This document shows, in pieces, positions 49,905 through 61,327 of a stretch of 64,000 nt of DNA (position 1 is the first letter of the stretch; each line of letters starts with the position of its first letter). Source of the DNA: Escherichia coli (GTDB taxonomy: Bacteria > Pseudomonadota > Gammaproteobacteria > Enterobacterales > Enterobacteriaceae); assembly GCF_050920415.1 (NCBI RefSeq), contig NZ_CP169309.1. The stretch is one strand, 5' to 3'. Below the pieces are notes generated by a model. That model had not been told where the DNA came from, made no database searches, and worked only from the letters and a program-made list of their open reading frames with translations. Position numbers and translations under genes: made by a program.

Positions 49905-51796
49905 GCGTTAAGTGAGTAGGCCACCGGAACCTCCCCGACAGCCTCTCGCAGAACCGTACGTGAAACTCTCGCTTCATACGGCTCCCGTCAGGCAAACGCG
50001 CTTCCTGGTCCTGCTTTCCAGTGGGCAAACAACTCCGGCTTCTCTTTTGACAGCCTTTCCATTAGCTGACACGCCTTCGTCTTTCTATACCGCAGGGTTT
50101 TATATTTCTTTCTCGCCCACGCAATCAGCGTCAGATTAATATATCTGCATACTTTCTTCATCGCTGATTTGTGGTATCTCGCGTAATAATTCAGCCACCC
50201 CGATATTATCGGATTCAGCCACTTCGCAATATCTTCGAGACTCATCTCCACCCTGCGTCTGATCCACAGTTTCCTGAGTTTTCCAATCATGCCTTTCTGC
50301 GCACGGTTACTCGCCGCCGGGCTGAAACTCGTAAAGAGGTTTCCCCGCCGGTGGTTACGTGCTCTTCGCGCTCTGAACGTATACCCCAGAAAATCAAACT
50401 GCACTGTTTCATGGTTCGCCTGTCGTTCGCTGTCTTTGCAGTAAACTACTTTCGTTTTCTCCGGATGTAATTCCAGTCCACATTCCTGAAAACGTTTTGC
50501 CAGCTTATTCAGTAATTCCTCTGCCTGTTGTTTACTGCCACAATGAATTAATCCATCATCTGCATAACGGCACAGGGAATTTCCGGATAATGTAACGTCA
50601 GCCATTTATCAAACACATAGTGCAGAAATAAATTCGCCAGTACCGGGCTGATGACTCCACCCTGTGGCGTACCTTTATTTCTTTCCTTCAGTGTTCCATC
50701 CGGCATCTGCACCGGCGCTGTCAGCCACCGGCGAATAGACAGTCTTACCCATTTATCCGCACAATGTTTATCTACTGCCCTGAGTAATAAATCGTGGGAG
50801 ATATTATCGAATAACCCTTTAATATCAAACTCAAGACACCAGTCGTATTGCCAGCAACGTTTTCTGGTGACTGCTATTGCATCCAGCGCTGATTTTCCAT
50901 GCCGGTATCCGTATGAATCATTCAGGAAATAACGCTCCACTAATGGTTCAAACGTTACCAGCACCGTCATCTGCGCTATTCGATCGCTTACTGTCGGTAT
51001 TCCTAAAAGTCTTTTGCTGCCATCCTTCTTCGGAATTTCCACCGCACGCACTGGCGGCGGCATCCAGCTTCCCGACGATAACCTGTTCCAGATTTTGTAC
51101 AGATTTCCTTTCAGATCCCGCTCAAAATCTTTCAGCGTCTGGTTATCCACTCCGGCAGCTCCGGCATTCGCCTTTATCCGCCGGTACGCTTCCACCACAT
51201 GCAATTTACTGACCTGAAACGGTTTTGTCTGTTCACACACAGCCTCCTCCTGCCTACAGTTGGGCTGTGATGCAGACTGCCCGACGCTGTCCCTTCGCTC
51301 CACGTTCATTACAAACGCTTCCTCACTACTACGAACAGCTCTGCCCCGGTTTCGCACATCGATACTCTCATACTCATAATTTCGGTTATTTGTATTTCTC
51401 TCTTGAAATTGCGACGACCGGTTCCCGTAGTTCCTGCAAAGAGCCTGATACAGCGTCATGCCTGCTATACACCGGACACCATTCACGCAGCATTCGGAAT
51501 TCACCCGTAAATTAATCCCGGCGGTATCACGAAACCTCCGGTTTTGATGTCACTTAGGACTAACGACGTTTCAACACAGGTTCGGGTTTACTCATCTCAC
51601 TGTATCTCACATAGGATCAGATCTCGTCTGATCGTTCCCCCTGCGCTCACTACCATGGCTCTTTACCACAGCAGCCGGGGTTGTTTGGGACCGACTTCCG
51701 ACAGCAGATCCCGGTGGGCCTGCCACCATCTCTTCACAAGCTTATGCTTATTACATGCAAAACGTCCCGTTTTGCATCTTTGTGCCTACGGCACAC
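49905..51796 (-). mobile_element. Bacterial group II intron (about 1.9 kb)
   Basis: 5' end GTGTG on the minus strand (complement of cacac at 51792-51796); RT/maturase ORF; domain V-like hairpin gagccgtatgaagcgagagtttcacgtacggttc (complement of 49951-49984) just after the ORF stop. 3' boundary is approximate. Confidence 0.65.
49988..51309 (-). pseudogene. Group II intron reverse transcriptase/maturase, frameshifted
   Basis: RT motifs (…GIPTVSDRIAQ…, …TPQGGVISPVLANLFLHYVFD…) in ORF 50548-51504; YADD and maturase domain X (…GWLNYYARY…) in ORF 49988-50605. The two parts are in different frames. Confidence 0.7.
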
Positions 51797-51843
51797 GATG
51801 ATCTTTCCCTGATTACTTGACCTTTCCCTGGGAGTACAGAGTG

Positions 51844-51893
51844 AAGTTTCCGGCATGGCGGGATGCGGATGGGTTTGAACTGGGGTGATTAGG
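51844..51893 (+). repeat. Duplicate of the yafV 3' terminus (direct repeat of 47381-47432)
   Basis: aagtttccggcatggcgggatgcggatg identical in both copies (28 bp), with decaying similarity over the next ~20 bp; second copy would encode …[14 protein letters not shown]. Confidence 0.7.
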
Positions 51894-51942
51894 CACTACA
51901 TGTCTACATTTTCCCGGTCTCCAACCCCTCAATCTTATAAAC

Positions 51943-54042
51943 TTAACCTCGGCTCACCGTTTTCGATTCCATCCAATAAATGACCCGGTTGGATGTGGGC
52001 TGATCGCCAACAACTTTGCCATCTGCAGAGATTAGCTTCAGCTCTTTATTAGCCTCATCACCGAAGTAAATCATGCGGTAGCGAAAATAACCGCCCCAGG
52101 GTTCGCGTCCACCCAGCGAACTTTGCATAAACCAGGCGCGGGAGTCGTGAACCTGGTCATCATAGAGAGCCAGTAATTCAGCGCAGGGCTGAGTTCGCGT
52201 TCGCGTTCCCGTTCCCAGTGAATCAATAAAAAATTGTGGATAGAGTCCGTTTCCCATAGCCTTAATTTGTTGATATTCCTTTGCTTCATCATCGCCATTA
52301 ATCAGATACACCGGATATTTAGGAATGACATCCACAAGAATCTGAATGGCTTTCTCCGTGACGCTGCCGTTAATATCGCGCGTCCATCCTTTATAATCGC
52401 TCTGAAATTCTCGGGCTGCCTCTCGCAATTGGTACTGAGCGTTCGTCGGGTCAAGGATAGGTATGCCCTGATTACTTTCATCAAGTGTGCCATTGCCTTT
52501 CTGCGTGTTCGCCCGCTCTTTTTCGATATTTTCCATTTGTTCTTCGCGCGCTTGGGCCTCTTTATCAAGTCCATCTTTATCCAGCTGTGGCGCCTTAATA
52601 TAAAAAGGTTGCACAAGAAGGCTGTTGTTCGCATAGCGACCGATACGCCAGGCGGTGATCCAGCCGATCTGATCGCTAATTGCGCTTTCAAGAACCTGGG
52701 CAAGTTGATAGGGGTGATAACCTTCCCTCGTATCAATCATTTCTTCTGTACCCTGCAAGGTGGTGTTCAGCAGCGTTTGTCGCCAGATGTTGAAGCGTTT
52801 TGTTAATGAATTAGCAATCGTAAATTCCTTTACGCTAGAAGGACTCATAATTCGCAGAGGCGACACACCTTTTATTAATGGAGTAACAAATTTAGAATAA
52901 ACAGCAAGTGGTGCTCCTGAATCAAATGCAGCAAGATACATATCATGCAGGGCTATCTGAGAAAGAATTTCGCCTGAGTCACCACAGGACTTCCCCTGAT
53001 CGCGAACGGGATAGCCACCACCGACATCAGAGTGCATCCCCGGATAGATAACTTCCTCTGCATATAAAGGATAATTGCCTTCAGGACGACGGATTGAATC
53101 CAGCGGAAAGCACAACCGCTGTTCATGCGCAGCGACGAAGTGGCGGCAGCATTTAATCAGGCCGGGAAACTGCGTCTCATCAGGGAGTTGCTGAGTACTA
53201 TCGGCCCATCCCATATGACCGGCTGCGCCCGGTAAAACATGCGCCGCCCCCACAGAAGCTACGGTATCCAGCAGCCCCAAAAACTCAATACTGACAGCTA
53301 AACCGGCCAGCATCACCTGTTGCCTCTGCGGGCAAGCTAACTGAGTCAACCAGTTAACAAAAGTTCGTGCTTCCGCTGCGCCACGGGAAAATCCGTAGAT
53401 AAACAGCCTTACGTTTAGCAGGCGCGGACTAGCTTGTTCTAACTGTCCCTGTAATTTTTCCAGGTAGGGGTTAATCACATTGCGACGATTCACTTCACCA
53501 GTCATCGGCCAAGGAGCACGCATAAGAGGAATGTGCTCTTTTGCCACCTTCTCATTCAGTCCATTTTGGGTTGGGTCAATAGCATAGCTAAGGGCATCCA
53601 CGAGACGTAATAATGCCCAATTAATTCGGTCTTCACCACCGGTGGCAAATTCCAGTCCGCTGTTGCTGTAATCCATTTCACCTATCTTGGGAAATGGTGT
53701 GCCTACACCAGGTATGTAATAGGAAAAATACCCAGCATTACGGTCTTTAATACTTGCGTGGAATAATTTCGCAATATTGGTTGGATGAGAGGCTTTTGTG
53801 TCATTATATTCATTATTATTTGTACCATCAAAAAACAGACTAATATGCAGACTTTGACTACATGTAAAGCCAATTCTAAATCCAGCCTGTTTACTACAGT
53901 TGGTTTTGTGCTCCTCTGTTTTATTGATTTGTTTCAGGTAGTTCGCGTTTACCTGCGCTTCAGATAATATTAATCGCCCATCTTCAGGGAACACCGGGGG
54001 GGCATAACACGGAAAAGCCAGACCACTTATTTCGCTGGACAT
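51943..54042 (-). CDS. tle1: Type VI secretion phospholipase effector, Tle1-family (DUF2235 alpha/beta hydrolase)
   Basis: Start at internal Met (MSSEISGL…), 699 aa; N-terminal …LFFDGTNNN… motif and GxSxG nucleophile elbow (IYGFSRGAAEA) characteristic of Tle1/DUF2235. Confidence 0.75.
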   Translation of the reverse strand: MSSEISGLAFPCYAPPVFPEDGRLILSEAQVNANYLKQINKTEEHKTNCSKQAGFRIGFTCSQSLHISLFFDGTNNNEYNDTKASHPTNIAKLFHASIKDRNAGYFSYYIPGVGTPFPKIGEMDYSNSGLEFATGGEDRINWALLRLVDALSYAIDPTQNGLNEKVAKEHIPLMRAPWPMTGEVNRRNVINPYLEKLQGQLEQASPRLLNVRLFIYGFSRGAAEARTFVNWLTQLACPQRQQVMLAGLAVSIEFLGLLDTVASVGAAHVLPGAAGHMGWADSTQQLPDETQFPGLIKCCRHFVAAHEQRLCFPLDSIRRPEGNYPLYAEEVIYPGMHSDVGGGYPVRDQGKSCGDSGEILSQIALHDMYLAAFDSGAPLAVYSKFVTPLIKGVSPLRIMSPSSVKEFTIANSLTKRFNIWRQTLLNTTLQGTEEMIDTREGYHPYQLAQVLESAISDQIGWITAWRIGRYANNSLLVQPFYIKAPQLDKDGLDKEAQAREEQMENIEKERANTQKGNGTLDESNQGIPILDPTNAQYQLREAAREFQSDYKGWTRDINGSVTEKAIQILVDVIPKYPVYLINGDDEAKEYQQIKAMGNGLYPQFFIDSLGTGTRTRTQPCAELLALYDDQVHDSRAWFMQSSLGGREPWGGYFRYRMIYFGDEANKELKLISADGKVVGDQPTSNRVIYWMESKTVSRG

Positions 54043-54584
54043 GTTGCAGGTTCCTTCATCTCGCGGGGTTCTTTGATAGGATAATTTGGTGTACCATATT
54101 TCTGGCAGACGGTTGTCACTTTTATCTGATTGCACGATAGAAAATGAACGGTCAGGCCACAAAGCTCAGCATCGTATTCCGGGATATCAACAATTACTTT
54201 ATATTTTTGATAATTTGCAGCATGTTTAGCATACGCATCTTCTTCATAGCCAAAACCTTCTTTTTTCATTGCAATAGGTTCAAGGGGGTTCGGGTCTACT
54301 TCCCACTCAATCCGGGCCTTTAATCCCACACGCCACTTATCTGGCAGCATAACGCAACAATATCCTCCACCGTCCCCGAATGGAGAAATATTTGGCCCAC
54401 CGTAACCATTGATGTGTAAATAATTTATAGCCTTATCCGTATGATTTATCCCATTAATATCCACAGCAGTGTAATCTCTGCTATTTTTTGCCATTGAACA
54501 GCCTGATACTGCAAATAAAATCATTAGAGAATAACATTTGAAAATCGCTCTCATACTGATACTTTTCCTTATTTCGCTGGACAT
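54027..54584 (-). CDS. Lipoprotein, putative Tle1 immunity protein (Tli-like), tandem copy 3
   Basis: 185 aa; lipobox (…LFAVSGCSMA…); paralogous to the two upstream copies, with a divergent central segment. Confidence 0.7.
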   Translation of the reverse strand: MSSEIRKSISMRAIFKCYSLMILFAVSGCSMAKNSRDYTAVDINGINHTDKAINYLHINGYGGPNISPFGDGGGYCCVMLPDKWRVGLKARIEWEVDPNPLEPIAMKKEGFGYEEDAYAKHAANYQKYKVIVDIPEYDAELCGLTVHFLSCNQIKVTTVCQKYGTPNYPIKEPREMKEPATCPAK

Positions 54585-55123
54585 GTTGCAGGTTCCTTCA
54601 TCTCACGGGGTTCTTTGATGGGATAATTCGGTGTGCCATAACCCTCGCAGACGGTTGTCACTTTTATCTGATCGCATGGCAGAAAATGTACGGTCAGGCC
54701 ACAACGTTCAGCGCCGTATTCCGGGATATCAACAATTGTTGAATATTTTCTAAAACTGTTTAGCGCAACTTTCTTCCATGCTTCAAATTTCTCCCTGTCC
54801 ACATAACCTGGAGGCAGAGGAGCTGTATTTGGATCAACCTCCCACTCAACCCGGGCTTTTAATCCAGAATGCCACTTATCTGGCAACATAACACAACAAT
54901 ATCCTCCACCGTCCCCGAATGGAGCAATATTTGGACCACCGTAACCATTGATGTGTAAATAATTTATAGCCTTATTCGTATGATTTATCCCGTTAATATC
55001 TCCAGCAGTGTAATCACCGCTATTTCTCGCCATTGAACAGCCTGATACTGCAAATAAAATCATTAGAGAATAACATTTGAAAATCGCTCTCATACTTATA
55101 CTTTTCCTTATTTTGATGGACAT
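54569..55123 (-). CDS. Lipoprotein, putative Tle1 immunity protein (Tli-like), tandem copy 2
   Basis: 184 aa; lipobox; near-identical N- and C-terminal thirds to copies 1 and 3. Confidence 0.7.
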   Translation of the reverse strand: MSIKIRKSISMRAIFKCYSLMILFAVSGCSMARNSGDYTAGDINGINHTNKAINYLHINGYGGPNIAPFGDGGGYCCVMLPDKWHSGLKARVEWEVDPNTAPLPPGYVDREKFEAWKKVALNSFRKYSTIVDIPEYGAERCGLTVHFLPCDQIKVTTVCEGYGTPNYPIKEPREMKEPATCPAK

Positions 55124-55662
55124 GTTGCTGGTTCCTTCATCTCGCGGGGTTCTTTGATGGGATAATTTGGTGTACCATATTTCTGGCAGACGGTTGTCAC
55201 TTTAATCTGATTACACGTTAGAAAATGAATCGTCAGGCCACAAAGCTCAGCATCATATTCCGGGATATCAACAATTGTTGAATATTTTCTAAAACTGTTT
55301 AGCGCAACTTTCTTCCATGCTTCAAATTTCTCCCTGTCCTTATTGCCTGGAGGCAGAGGAGCTGTATTTGGATCAACCTCCCACTCGACCCGGGCTTTTA
55401 ATCCAGAATGCCACTTATCTGGCAGCATAACGCAACAATATCCTCCACCGTCCCCGAATGGACCAATATTTGGTCCGCCGTAACCATTGATGTGTATATA
55501 ATTTATAGCCTTATCCGTATGATTTATCCCGTTAATATCCACAGCAGTGTAATCACCGCTATTTTTCGCCATTGAACAGCCTGATACAACAAATAAAACA
55601 ATTAGAGAATAACATTTGAAAATCGCTCTCATACTTATACTTTTCCTTATTTTTCTGGACAT
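55108..55662 (-). CDS. Lipoprotein, putative Tle1 immunity protein (Tli-like), tandem copy 1
   Basis: 184 aa; lipobox (…LFVVSGCSMA…); 16-nt overlaps link the three copies head-to-tail. Confidence 0.7.
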   Translation of the reverse strand: MSRKIRKSISMRAIFKCYSLIVLFVVSGCSMAKNSGDYTAVDINGINHTDKAINYIHINGYGGPNIGPFGDGGGYCCVMLPDKWHSGLKARVEWEVDPNTAPLPPGNKDREKFEAWKKVALNSFRKYSTIVDIPEYDAELCGLTIHFLTCNQIKVTTVCQKYGTPNYPIKEPREMKEPATCPSK

Positions 55663-55975
55663 GTTGCAGGTTCTTTTACTTTGAGAGATTTTAATTGATG
55701 GGTGTTATTTCTACGACAACAAAGTTTTGACAAAGAAGCAAATAAAATGCATATCTTTTGATTGTCACACATTGGAATATCGACAGAGCATTGATGATAT
55801 TACGCAAAATATATTGCAGCCAAGTGAACTGACATTACGATCGAACACAAATGCAACATGATGGATACTACCATTACATGTCGAGCTTGATTTTCCGCTT
55901 ATTTTACGATTATCTCTTGATATTAACAGCTACGGACTTTTAAACAGATAAATCTCCCCGTACATCACTACAATA

Positions 55976-56740
55976 TTATCCTTCGAAGTCCCGCAAAGCT
56001 CCAAAATATTTCGCGTCATTGGCCCTGAAAGCAATATCAAGACAGTGGGCAAAATAGCTTTCCTGACTGAGTTCACTGACTGCTTTTTCCTTCATCAGGG
56101 CTTCAGCGTCGCAGATACAGCCCATCAATCCCACCTGTACATCATCCACCCGATTCATCTCCGGGTTGTCAGTAAGCCTGCGTTCTGGTGAAAAACTTCC
56201 TGATTTCCAGTTAATCTCTCCATCACGGTCTAACCAGCTCCAGAACAACGCAATATCAGTAAATGTCGCCTGCTGCTCGTTGGTCAAAACATGTGTGAAC
56301 AGCAAAGGGAACACCCGATTATCATAGTAACGCAGCAATCCGGTCTGTTCTTCCCACTGAACCTGTGACAATACCTGAAGATGCCGCCCCAGCAGGTCGA
56401 ATGTAAGAGGGGATATCAACAAAGTAAGACGCGGCGTATCAGCAAATGACGCCATCAGTTGCGCCAGAAATTTGCGATGACTACTGAGCGCAAAGTACAG
56501 GCGTAACACTACAGGGGAATACTCCATCGTCTCAGCTTCAGGCGTTCCTTCAAACAGGGCATACCAGTGAATGGCTGGCGACAGATGAAGCATATCATTT
56601 TGCAAAGGTTGGTCTGTTCCAGCCTGGTCAACAAGCACATCTATGTAATCCAAACCAGCGGCAGAACAGAATGATTCAGTCTGCTTCAGCCAGATAATAT
56701 ATTTGTCTTGATCGGTAGCGTGTGGCGATACTGTTATCAT
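55976..56740 (-). CDS. DUF4123-like type VI effector adaptor/chaperone, putative
   Basis: 254 aa, directly downstream of vgrG; …LLRYYDNRVFPLLF… resembles the DUF4123 (R/Y)FYDPRV signature as I recall it. Confidence 0.5.
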   Translation of the reverse strand: MITVSPHATDQDKYIIWLKQTESFCSAAGLDYIDVLVDQAGTDQPLQNDMLHLSPAIHWYALFEGTPEAETMEYSPVVLRLYFALSSHRKFLAQLMASFADTPRLTLLISPLTFDLLGRHLQVLSQVQWEEQTGLLRYYDNRVFPLLFTHVLTNEQQATFTDIALFWSWLDRDGEINWKSGSFSPERRLTDNPEMNRVDDVQVGLMGCICDAEALMKEKAVSELSQESYFAHCLDIAFRANDAKYFGALRDFEG

Positions 56741-56752
56741 TGTCTTTCTCCC

Positions 56753-57447
56753 TTATCCACGAGGCGCAAAAGCGGCGGCGGCTTCCTGCGCCCTTTTCAG
56801 GCACTCCTTACACACCGATTTTTCTGGTGCTTCCTCATCCTCATCGTTGTTATCATTCTGATCGGACGACGCATTACTGTCATTTTGCTCAGCCGCTAAA
56901 CTTTTATCATCTGCCAGCGCTTTCAAAACCGCCGGTTGTAGCGTCGGCACCGGCGTTCCCGGACTACCGCCGCTATTGAGATTGATTTTCGGCCCGACGA
57001 TGTCCACGCCCCCTGAATGGATGACCACAAACGAACCACCCACCTTCAGGGTGATTTTACCGCCACTCTCCAGTACGATTTCATCCCGGACCTTCATTCC
57101 CAGCGCACCGGTAATCTTCCTCGCCAGGTCGCCCTTCACCTCCAGACTGTGCTTTCCCTCCACCAGACTGATATGGTTCCCCGTCGTCTTATGCTCCTGC
57201 TTCCCTTCCACCGTCACTTTACGGTCGTTTCTGACATACAGGCCGTCATCGTGACTCACGCTCACCGTCCGGTCATTCGTCACCTTCAGCGTCTGGTCAT
57301 TACGTACCGTTATGCGCCGGTCGTTCGCCACCGTGATACTCTGGTCGTGGCCCCCTTCTTTTCTGGTGCCGACCTCAACCGTCTGCCCCTTCACCACCCT
57401 TATCTTCTGGTCGTTACCGATGGTCTCCGTATGGTCATGCTTCACGT
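56753..57447 (-). pseudogene. vgrG: vgrG, C-terminal part (gene interrupted by an IS21-family insertion)
   Basis: 230-aa frame with VgrG beta-helical repeats (…ITVANDRRITVRNDQTLKVTNDRTVSVSHDD…); in frame with the N-terminal part once the IS and one target-site duplication copy are removed. Confidence 0.8.
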
Positions 57448-57547
57448 GTCAGCGCCAATGATATAAGACAGTAATTCACCATTTGGATTGTCCGCTCCAC
57501 CCAACATGTTGTTTCCTTAAGGTTCCTACACCACAAAGGGAACACTC

Positions 57548-58718
57548 ATGCTGAGCAGAGAGGACTTTTACATGATAAAGCAAATGCGCCAGCAAGGTGC
57601 GTATATTGTTGATATTGCCACTCAGGTTGGTTGCTCTGAGCGGACTGTCAGACGGTACCTGAAATACCCGGAACCTCCGGCCAGAAAAACACGCCACAAA
57701 ATGGCCAAACTCAAGCCGTTCATGGACTATATCGACATGCGTCTGGCTGAGAATGTCTGGAACGGCGAGGTCATCCTGGCGGAAATCAAAGCGATGGGTT
57801 ATACCGGTGGCCGTTCCATGTTGCGTTACTACATCCAGCCCAAACGTAAGATGCGGCCATCGAAGAAAACGGTTCGCTTCGAAACTCAGCCCGGTTACCA
57901 GCTACAGCATGACTGGGGAGAAGTTGAGGCTGAGGTTGCCGGGCAACGATGCAGGGTTAACTTCGCGGTTAATACGCTGGGGTTCTCACGTCGCTTCCAT
58001 GTCTTCGCGGCACCAAAGCAGGATGCTGAACATACCTATGAGTCACTGGTCCGCGCCTTTCGCTACTTCGGCGGCAGCGTGAAAACCGTGCTGGTCGATA
58101 ACCAGAAAGCCGCAGTGCTGAAAAATAACAACGGGAAGGTGGTGTTCAACTCCGGGTTCCTGCTGCTGGCCAATCACTATGGCTTCCTGCCACGGGCCTG
58201 CCGTCCACGAAGGGCCAGAACCAAAGGTAAGGTGGAACGGATGGTGAAATACCTCAAGGAAAACTTCTTCGTCCGGTACCGCCGGTTCGACAGCTTCGCC
58301 CATGTTAATCAGCTACTGGAGCAGTGGATGGCTGACGTTGCCGACAGGCGGGAACTTCGCCAGTTCAGGCAGACACCGGAACAGCGCTTCACGCAGGAAC
58401 AGGTGCATCTGCAGGCGCTGCCAGGTACGGACTTCGATACCAGCTACTTCGATATCCGTCATGTCTCCTGGGATGGCTATATCGAGGTTGGCGGGAACCG
58501 TTACAGCGTGCCGGAAAGCCTGTGTGGCCAGCCGGTATCAATACGGATCTCGCTGGATGATGAACTGCGATTTACAGTAATGAGCAACAGGTAGCATCGC
58601 ACCGTCTCTGTTCGGCTGTATACGGCTGGCAGACCGTGCCGGAGCATCACGCCCCACTCTGGCAGCAGGTCAGTCAGGTGGAACACAGGCCGTTGAGTGC
58701 CTATGAGGAGCTGTTGTG

Positions 58719-58719
<1 letters not shown>
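57548..58719 (+). pseudogene. istA: IS21-family transposase istA, frameshifted near the 3' end
   Basis: 348-aa ORF ends at 58594; the expected C-terminus (…WQTVPEHHAPLWQQVSQVEHRPLSAYEELL*) continues in another frame and ends at the TGA overlapping the istB start. Confidence 0.75.
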
Positions 58720-59512
<793 letters not shown>

Positions 59513-59569
59513 TGACCAATAGCGGACATTAAAAATGGCGAAAAACGGCCAATAATCTTGGCGTTGACA

Positions 59570-61111
59570 CACGTCCGTCGTCCGGTCGTTAAGCACCTCC
59601 GTGTCCATGTTCTTCTGCGCGTGGATATACACCTGCTCACTGTCCGTCGCATCCTCGAAACGCAGTTCATTAAAGCCGCTTCCTTTATAGGTCTTCGAGC
59701 GGATGGTCATCTGCGTCCGCGTGCCCGGTAAATCCCCCGGTGAACGGTTGTCTTCATGGTAGGTCCGCCCCGTCACAATGGGCTGGTCCGGGTCGCCGTT
59801 CAGAAAGTCCACTATCACTTCCTGACCCACACGCGGTATCGCCAGATTGCCGAACCCCGGTCCCGCCCATGCCTGCGACACCCGTATCCAGCATGAACTC
59901 TCCTCCGTCATCCCGTGATAACGGTCCCAGTGAAACTTCACCCGTACCCGGCCATGTTCGTCGCAGAATATCTCCTCGCCCTTCGGCCCGGTCACGATGG
60001 CACTCTGCGGGCCGTCCACCTTCGGCTTCGGCAGCGGCGCGTGACGCCACGTCCTGTCCGCCGGTATCACCTCAAACTGATTGCTCAGCGTCGTTCCCTC
60101 GCCGTGACTCCCGTGCAGCGCCTGCGGCTGTTCTCCCCGCAGTGTGCTTCCCACAACCTGCCATTCCCGGTTCAGCGTCCCTGAGGGATGGCCCGTCAGC
60201 CGGAACCGCGTTCCCGGCCACAGTCGCGCCGTGTTACACACCCCGCTCGCCGTCTCCGCCCCGTTCCGCCACCCTTCCGTCTGGTAACGCGCAAAGTCCT
60301 GGCCGTGCTGCTCATCCTTGAAACGCCCCGGATAATCAAATATCTCGTACTGCGTTCCCTGCCCGTTCAGGCTCTCCCCGGCATGGCTGTAGTACCCCGG
60401 CCACCCCGGCGTTTTGAACATATAATCCTGCGTCTCCACCGACGCCACGCTTATCTGCGCACGGTAACGAAACTCGCTGATGTACTCCGTCGTTCCCCCG
60501 GTCGTCGTGTCCGGGTTAAACGCCAGCGCCCCCATTCCCGTCAGCCCCGCCACGTCATCACACACCGCCAGCTTCTGTTCCGGCCCTTCCTGACTGCAGC
60601 GCTCATAAAAGAAGATACCTTCCTCCGCCCACAGCCGGGTCAGGAACGCCAGGTCGCTCTCCCCGTACTGCACGCAGAACTCCCGCGCCGGGTGCGCCTC
60701 ATAGAACAGCGGCATCCACGCCGTCACCCCGTTCTCTTCAAGAAGCTGTGCTGATATCGTCTGAATGTCCTGCTGCTGGAAGATACGGAAGTTCTGCCGT
60801 AACCCTGCCCGCCACAGCGGCGGGCTGATGCTCAGGGAATAACGCATCTGCCAGTCGTTGTTCTCACCGAGCTGCACCTCCGTCACGATACCGCTGACGT
60901 AACGCTGTGCAGTGTCGCCCTGCCAGACCGTCAGCAGCGCGCTTTTCTCCAGAAAATCCTCCGCCGTCAGGTCAGACAGTCCGCTGGCGATATCCACATC
61001 CAGGATGAACGGTGTGCAGTGGTGCTGGTACAGACGGAAGCTCACCACTGCCGTCGCCATCTCCACAATACCGTCCACCGACAGCGTGAAACGTAATCCT
61101 TCTGAGGACAT
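59570..61111 (-). pseudogene. vgrG: vgrG, N-terminal part (gp27/gp5-like spike domains), interrupted by the IS21-family element
   Basis: N-terminal 514 aa with VgrG features (MSSEGLRFTLSV…, …YIHAQKNMDTEVLNDRTTDV); the 561-aa ORF runs on into IS-derived sequence. Confidence 0.85.
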
Positions 61112-61327
61112 ATGACCTCCCTTGATTCACTTACAGAACACTGGTTGTCTACTGACCATGCAGCAGAGGGTGCCAGTACAGCGTTACGCTCATATTCAGG
61201 TACGCTACCGCCCGGGTTCCCGGCATCCACCATCTCCCTCATGAAAGCGTAACTCCTTACTGACACTCATTTTTTACACGTACAAAAACAACATCCTGCA
61301 CTAAGGCAGGATGTTGTTGACTCAGAT

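Noticed and set aside
49912-51515. Plus-strand ORFs inside the group II intron (for example 50171-50470, 50877-51212, 51225-51515).
   Set aside because: They are antisense to the reverse transcriptase/maturase frames and have no motifs; treated as chance ORFs.
54027-55662. The three ~540-bp tandem units read as a non-coding satellite repeat.
   Set aside because: Each unit holds a full open reading frame with a lipoprotein signal and conserved termini, and the units differ mainly in one internal protein segment. This is a tandem gene triplication rather than non-coding repeat DNA.
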